20,000 nt of DNA from an uncultured virus (IMG/VR IMGVR_UViG_3300027921_000114) (taxonomy: Duplodnaviria; Heunggongvirae; Uroviricota; Caudoviricetes). Position 1 is the first letter of the stretch. The number at the start of each line of letters is the position of its first letter. The position numbers and the translations under genes were made by a program. The notes beneath the pieces were generated by a model. The model was not told the DNA's origin and made no database searches. It was given only the letters and a program-made list of their open reading frames with translations. The stretch is taken from IMG/VR virus record IMGVR_UViG_3300027921_000114. The stretch is one strand, 5' to 3'. Below are positions 15,422 through 20,000 of this stretch, one piece after another.

Positions 15422-16255
15422 TCAAGCGATACCTGCCCCCGGTGTCAGAAGGCCATAACGTTCCATCCGAACCTGGATGAATCGCCGGTGAACGCCGAAG
15501 CGTTTTGCCAAGGCCTTCTGCAAACACTCCATGTCGAAGAAGCCAATGTCACCATCGGCGGTCAGCCGCATCGTGGTGCCGGGCAACTCCGGATCGAGAG
15601 ACGGGCTACGGTGGATCGTCACACCGTGCTTCGGTGCCAGTGTCTCTACCGCGCGGTACAAATGCTGTCGCGGTACAAGCAGTGACCCCATGAATTCGTT
15701 GGCGCGCAGCTCGGCAAAATGGACATTGCGCTCAAGCTCGCTGTTACGTACTGCGCTCGGCTCTGGCTGTTTTGCCAAGTGCTCAGCGTCACGAGTCTCG
15801 GTTCGGTAGGCCTTGCGTGCCAACTCCGAAGGGTCGTCGAACAGGCCGGGGCCCTGAGCAGCGGCGGCAATCCAGCTCGGCGCATCAAAAATGGCGTGGC
15901 CGAGCTCGTGGGCAAAGGTACTGAGCACCAGCTCCTCGGATGCCGTGTCACTGACAGGAGAGACAGACAGCATGGTGGCATCCGGTGATGCCTCGGGATC
16001 AAACTCGCAAACACCCAGTACCGGATTTCCCTGCTCGTCGTTGACGGCGTGCTCGGTGTCGACCCACAAGTCGAACCGGATGCCGTTGATTTTCAGGCTA
16101 CTGATGTCGCGCAACACTGACAGCGAGATGGCGTCGGTGTTGGCATCAACCAGTTGCTGGCGAGCCAGCACGGCAATGCCTTCGACTTCAGAATGTTTGA
16201 TGTAGCGAGGGAGTTTCCGGTCACAGCACCGGTAGGCGAGAGTTAACTCCGGCAT
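15422..16255 (-). CDS. ImmA/IrrE family metallo-endopeptidase, 277 aa
   Basis: STFAHELGH (HExxH) and ELRANEFMGSLLVP; directly follows the XRE gene. Confidence 0.9.
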   Translation of the reverse strand: MPELTLAYRCCDRKLPRYIKHSEVEGIAVLARQQLVDANTDAISLSVLRDISSLKINGIRFDLWVDTEHAVNDEQGNPVLGVCEFDPEASPDATMLSVSPVSDTASEELVLSTFAHELGHAIFDAPSWIAAAAQGPGLFDDPSELARKAYRTETRDAEHLAKQPEPSAVRNSELERNVHFAELRANEFMGSLLVPRQHLYRAVETLAPKHGVTIHRSPSLDPELPGTTMRLTADGDIGFFDMECLQKALAKRFGVHRRFIQVRMERYGLLTPGAGIA

Positions 16256-16534
16256 TCATTTCTCTCCCGTCGCGCGTTTGCGATACATCCGAACAATATC
16301 GCCCACGTCCTCTCGCATGTCCGGCGGGAGGCGACTGGCTTCGATGAACGCCTCATCGGGGTTCTCACCAAGAATTTCTGCGGCTCTGCGGATCAGTTCG
16401 TCCTTGGGCGGTTTTTCCATCTCGCGCTCAATACGCGACCAATAGGCCGGTGAGATCTCGAGTTGGCGCGCAAAGTCATTCATCGCGATGCCCTTCGCGT
16501 CTCGTTTTTGCCTGATGTAGGTTCCGAAACCCAT
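16256..16534 (-). CDS. XRE-family HTH repressor, 92 aa
   Basis: FGTYIRQKRDAKGIAMNDFARQLEISPAYWSRIER. Confidence 0.92.
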   Translation of the reverse strand: MGFGTYIRQKRDAKGIAMNDFARQLEISPAYWSRIEREMEKPPKDELIRRAAEILGENPDEAFIEASRLPPDMREDVGDIVRMYRKRATGEK

Positions 16535-16546
16535 AATGTGACCCAG

Positions 16547-16565
16547 TTGCGTGATTGGTTAATTG
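16547..16565. promoter_or_regulatory. Putative operator just downstream of the xre promoter
   Basis: Matches 15352-15370; part of the imperfect palindrome TTGCGT-N13-ACGCAA (16547-16571). Confidence 0.5.
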
Positions 16566-16570
16566 ACGCA

Positions 16571-16599
16571 ATCATAACGACAGCAATTGCAACCGTCAA
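16571..16599 (-). promoter_or_regulatory. Sigma70-type promoter for xre-peptidase
   Basis: - strand TTGACG-N17-TATGAT. Confidence 0.7.
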
Positions 16600-16728
16600 C
16601 TGTTTTGTTAACGCGCAATTTACGAATTGCGGCGACCGCAAGAAATGACCGCCGATTGCTCTCCTTTGCCATCCGCTTCGGAAGATCGGATAGATCATTT
16701 GTGACAGTTGCTATTCCCCGGAGCCGTC

Positions 16729-16923
16729 ATGAACAACATCGAACTCAATCCCCCATCCGAGATGTCGGCCAGCGCCCGCGCTGCCGAGATCACGACCATC
16801 CTTGCGGCCGCCATCGTCCGCACCCAGCTTGCGCAGGCCGCCAAACAGAGAGAAGTTGACCTTGGCTTACTGCCCGACCAGCGCGTTCATACAACCCCTT
16901 ATCAAGAAAAGAGGTTGTCATGA
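16729..16923 (+). CDS. Small hypothetical protein, 64 aa
   Basis: GGAG RBS, ATG 16729, ATGA overlap with DUF2924; contains motif copy 4. Confidence 0.5.
   Translation: MNNIELNPPSEMSASARAAEITTILAAAIVRTQLAQAAKQREVDLGLLPDQRVHTTPYQEKRLS
16861..16890 (+). promoter_or_regulatory. Conserved motif copy 4
   Basis: CTTGGCTT ACTGCCCGAC CAGCGCGTTCAT, 29 nt before ATG 16920. Confidence 0.75.
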
Positions 16924-17369
16924 ACGAAAAACAAGCATCCGTCGCCGCGCGCATCTCCGAGCTGTCGTGCCTGCCGATGGCCGAGCTCTGGACACTGTGG
17001 GATCGGTATTTCACCCGCCGCCCGCCATACCCGAACCGCACCCACGTTGAATCCCGCGTCGCTTACAAGCTGCAGGAGGATGCGTTCGGTGGTCTCGCGG
17101 TCGCCACGCGCCAGCGGCTGGAGGCCATTGGCGCAAAGCATTCCAAGATCAAACAGCGCGCCAAACCTCGTGAGTTCAATTTCGCGCCGGGTACGGTGTT
17201 GCTGCGCGAATGGGGCGAGCGGGAACACAAGGTCACGGTGTCTGCCACCGGCCAGTTTGAGTACGAAGGTCGCCCCTTCAAGAGTCTGACCGCCGTGGCG
17301 CGGTACATCACCGGCGCGCGCTGGTCTGGGCCCTTGTTCTTTGGCTTGGCGCAAGGAGGTGCGAAATGA
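16920..17369 (+). CDS. DUF2924-domain protein, 149 aa
   Basis: RVAYKLQEDAFGGL, PGTVLLREW and FKSLTAVARYITGARWSGPLFFGL signatures. Confidence 0.88.
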   Translation: MNEKQASVAARISELSCLPMAELWTLWDRYFTRRPPYPNRTHVESRVAYKLQEDAFGGLAVATRQRLEAIGAKHSKIKQRAKPREFNFAPGTVLLREWGEREHKVTVSATGQFEYEGRPFKSLTAVARYITGARWSGPLFFGLAQGGAK

Positions 17370-18754
17370 ACGAGCCAGTGCAAATCGCATCCAGCAAGCC
17401 GCGTAAACGCTGTGCCGTCTACTGCCGGGTGTCATCGGATGAACGACTGGATCAGGAATTCAACTCCATCGATGCCCAGAGGGAGGCTGGCCACGCCTAT
17501 GTTGCCAGCCAGCGAGCCGAGGGCTGGATTCCGGTGGCCGACGACTACGACGACCCCGGATTTTCCGGTGGCAACACGGATCGCCCCGGGCTGAAACGTT
17601 TGCTGGCCGACATCCAGCGCGGTCTTGTCGACATCGTCGTGGTCTACAAGATCGACCGCCTCACGCGCAGCCTTGCCGACTTCTCCAAGATGGTCGAGGT
17701 GTTTGAGCGCCACGGCGTGTCCTTTGTGTCGGTCACGCAGCAGTTCAACACCACCACCTCGATGGGGCGGTTGATGCTGAACGTGCTGCTGTCCTTCGCC
17801 CAGTTCGAGCGGGAGGTCACTGGCGAGCGCATCCGGGACAAAATCGCGGCGGCCAAGCGCAAAGGTATGTGGATGGGCGGCGTGCCGACTCTTGGCTACA
17901 ACGTCGAGAACCGTTTGCTGGTCATCAACGAAACCGAGGCGGCGGTGGTGCGCCGCATCTTCGAGGAGATGCTGACCATCGGCGCGCCGACGCAGATCGC
18001 CGCCAACCTGACCGCCGATGGCATCACCACCAAGGCATGGACGACGCAGGACGGCCAGATCCGCAACGGGACGCAGATCGACAAAAAGTACCTGCACAAG
18101 CTGCTGCGCAACCGCATCTTCCTTGGCGAGATTTCCCACAAAGGAAAGTGGTTCCCCGGCGTACACGCGGCCATCATTGACCACGGTCTGTGGGATCGCG
18201 TACACGAGGTGCTGGCCAAGGACTCGCACAGCCGCTCGGTGGAAACCAAAATCCGGTCACGCACCGACGCGCTGCTGCGCGGCCTGCTTTACGCGCCGTC
18301 TGGCGAGCGGATGTACCCGACCTACTCGCGCAAGAACGGGCGCAAGTACCACTACTACGTATCCAAGTCCGAGAGCCGCTTTGGCGCACCGGGCAAGACT
18401 TACGAGCGCCTGCCTGCTCCCGAGATCGAGGCGGCGGTGATCGCGCAGATCCGCACCGTGCTGACCAGTCCAGAGTCCATTGCATCGGTGGTGCGCTTCA
18501 TCCAGCGCAATGGTGCCCAGATTGACGAGGCGACCACGGTGATGGCGATGGGACGGCTGAACGACGTGTGGGAGCAACTGTTTCCGGCCGAGCGTCATCG
18601 GATTGCGAATCTGATGATCGAGCGCATCGACCTTGTCCACACCGGTGAAATTCAAGGCATCAAGGTGAAGTGGCGCGAGATTGGCTGGAACGCGCTGATC
18701 GAAGAATTCGCGCCGAGTGGCATTGGTGCCGAAATGCTGGAGGTCGAAGCCTGA
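17366..18754 (+). CDS. Large serine recombinase (resolvase + recombinase domains), 462 aa
   Basis: AVYCRVSS (catalytic Ser), DRPGL, KIDRLTRS, FAQFERE, GMWMGGVPTLGY. Confidence 0.95.
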   Translation: MNEPVQIASSKPRKRCAVYCRVSSDERLDQEFNSIDAQREAGHAYVASQRAEGWIPVADDYDDPGFSGGNTDRPGLKRLLADIQRGLVDIVVVYKIDRLTRSLADFSKMVEVFERHGVSFVSVTQQFNTTTSMGRLMLNVLLSFAQFEREVTGERIRDKIAAAKRKGMWMGGVPTLGYNVENRLLVINETEAAVVRRIFEEMLTIGAPTQIAANLTADGITTKAWTTQDGQIRNGTQIDKKYLHKLLRNRIFLGEISHKGKWFPGVHAAIIDHGLWDRVHEVLAKDSHSRSVETKIRSRTDALLRGLLYAPSGERMYPTYSRKNGRKYHYYVSKSESRFGAPGKTYERLPAPEIEAAVIAQIRTVLTSPESIASVVRFIQRNGAQIDEATTVMAMGRLNDVWEQLFPAERHRIANLMIERIDLVHTGEIQGIKVKWREIGWNALIEEFAPSGIGAEMLEVEA

Positions 18755-19125
18755 TGGATGACTCACTGGAAACCTTTGTGCCCTTGGCGTTTCGACGCCG
18801 GGGGGCACGCCGAGTGGTCACAGACGACCGTCACTTCCATGACGTAACGCTGCTCGACGGACTGGCTCGGGGTTTCTATTGGCAGCACCTGATCGACACC
18901 GGCGCGATGCGCAGCGGCACCGAGATTGCGGACGCAGAAGGGCTGCATTGCTCGGTCGTGAATGAATTCCTGCGCATGACCTTGCTCGCGCCCGACATCA
19001 TCGAGCGCTTGATGACCGGCAGGCAGCCGCGCCGAATGAACCTGATCTGGTTCCAGCGAAACCCGGTGCCTGTGAATTGGGTGGCTCAACGCCAGATTGT
19101 GGAACGCTTTGAGGAGGATGTATGA
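18754..19125 (+). CDS. Recombinase-associated small HTH-like protein, 123 aa
   Basis: TGATG coupling to the recombinase; ETFVP...WQHLID...EIADAEG...LRMTLLAPDIIE. Confidence 0.8.
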   Translation: MDDSLETFVPLAFRRRGARRVVTDDRHFHDVTLLDGLARGFYWQHLIDTGAMRSGTEIADAEGLHCSVVNEFLRMTLLAPDIIERLMTGRQPRRMNLIWFQRNPVPVNWVAQRQIVERFEEDV

Positions 19126-19595
19126 GCAAGAAGCACCGGGGTCGGTACCAGGGTGACGCGGTCACCTACCAATTGCCGTCACCCGCAGGCGGCGTCCAGT
19201 TGGAGACTTTCGTGCCGTGGACGCTGGTCAAGCGGGGCTTGAAGAAGCAGATCATCACGCCGCTGGATTCGCCGCAGGAATTCATGGAGGAGGCGCGCAG
19301 GGAACGGCAGGCCCGCGAGTCGGAGCAAGACACCGCACTGGTGCGCGCCCTTGGTCTGGCCTATCACTGGCAGCGGTTGCTGGACGAGCAACGGGTGGAA
19401 TCGGTGGCCGAGATCGCGGATGCCGAGGAGATCAACGTGACGCAGGTGCGCCGCCTGATGCGGCTGACCTTGCTGGCCCCGGCGGTCGTTGAGCAGTTGG
19501 TCGGGACGACGGAAACGGCGCTGGAACAATTGATGCGCTGCCCGTGGCCCACCGCGTGGAAAGACCAGATCAGGGTGCTCGCGCCCCCGGCGTGA
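19122..19595 (+). CDS. Recombinase-associated small HTH-like protein, paralog of the upstream gene, 157 aa
   Basis: GAGGAGG RBS; ETFVP...WQRLLD...EIADAEE...MRLTLLAPAVVE. Confidence 0.82.
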   Translation: MSKKHRGRYQGDAVTYQLPSPAGGVQLETFVPWTLVKRGLKKQIITPLDSPQEFMEEARRERQARESEQDTALVRALGLAYHWQRLLDEQRVESVAEIADAEEINVTQVRRLMRLTLLAPAVVEQLVGTTETALEQLMRCPWPTAWKDQIRVLAPPA

Positions 19596-19616
19596 ACCGA
19601 CACCCTTGTGCCAGCA

Positions 19617-19638
19617 GCCGCCTCCGGGCGGTTTTTTT
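19617..19638 (+). terminator. Intrinsic terminator of the integration operon
   Basis: GCCGCC-TCCG-GGCGGT followed by a T-tract. Confidence 0.8.
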
Positions 19639-19860
19639 ACGCCTTCTTGGTTCTCAGTCGCCGCCGGTACAGCAGTTGCCATTCACAACCCGCGCCCCGC
19701 AAACCCGCATGAATACTGGATACGGGGTCGAAAGCGCTCGCGAGGCAAACAGAGAAAACAGCGAGGAGAGAGGCTGAAAAAGTGCAGGGACTGGCGCAGT
19801 CGTGGATGTACCGCGCGCGAGGCAAAGACCCGGAACCGCGCCAACACTGGCGCTCCGGGC

Positions 19861-19893
19861 AAAAAAAATCCCAACCGATAAGGGTTGGGATTT
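19861..19893 (-). terminator. Intrinsic terminator facing inward from the element end
   Basis: AAATCCCAACC-GATAAG-GGTTGGGATTT with an 8-T tract on the - strand. Confidence 0.75.
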
Positions 19894-19900
19894 CAAATTA

Positions 19901-19930
19901 TGGTGGAGCAGTCGCATCGACTATCGAACT
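19901..19930 (-). other. Putative attachment site: degenerate tRNA/tmRNA-like 3' end
   Basis: - strand GTTCGATAGTCGATGCGACTGCTCCACCA, followed by the terminator. Confidence 0.5.
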
Positions 19931-20000
19931 GAATCTCGAAGGTATTGGGTAAATCTACGAGATCACGCGGAGGCGTTCAAAGGTCTGCGATCTTCTTCAA

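Larger units (their letters stand above)
1..19908. mobile_element. Integrated prophage-like element (serine-recombinase type, P4-like primase, lambda-like cos/terminase); continues beyond the left edge of the window
   Basis: Modular order of integration, repressor/peptidase, replication, late regulator, cos, methyltransferases and small terminase; right boundary inferred at the TGGTGGAG tRNA/tmRNA-like remnant. Confidence 0.85.

Noticed and set aside
19606..19917. Short ORFs after the integration operon
   Set aside because: They cross terminators and the putative att arm, with no RBS or protein features
19901..20000. Intact tRNA or tmRNA gene
   Set aside because: Only the CTCCACCA end and a TTCGA remnant are present; the spacing is wrong and no T-stem or acceptor pairing was found

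Overview
Almost the whole window (1 to about 19908) is one end of an integrated, GC-rich, lambdoid/P4-type prophage-like element; a proteobacterial host is inferred. From right to left it holds: (1) a putative att junction with a tRNA/tmRNA-like 3' remnant (TGGTGGAG) and a terminator; (2) a + strand integration module (small ORF, DUF2924, large serine recombinase, two paralogous small proteins); (3) a divergent regulatory module (XRE repressor, ImmA/IrrE-type HExxH peptidase, two large unknown proteins); (4) a - strand replication/recombination operon (HTH, AAA_24/Sak4-like ATPase, SSB-like protein, P63C, DUF6511, Cas4-like nuclease, HTH, TOPRIM-SF3 P4-type primase, candidate ori, RuvC-like resolvase, DUF6362 regulator); (5) a lambda-like cos site; (6) two tandem ParB-fused DNA methyltransferases; (7) three counter-oriented small genes; (8) the start of a Nu1-like small terminase gene. 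The most striking unexplained signal is a 30-bp motif, CTTGGCTT-N10-CAGCGCGTT(CAT). It occurs four times with identical spacing, 29-36 nt upstream of each counter-oriented small gene and of the DUF2924-recombinase operon, suggesting an element-specific regulon. All family assignments come from motif recognition by eye; no database search was run.
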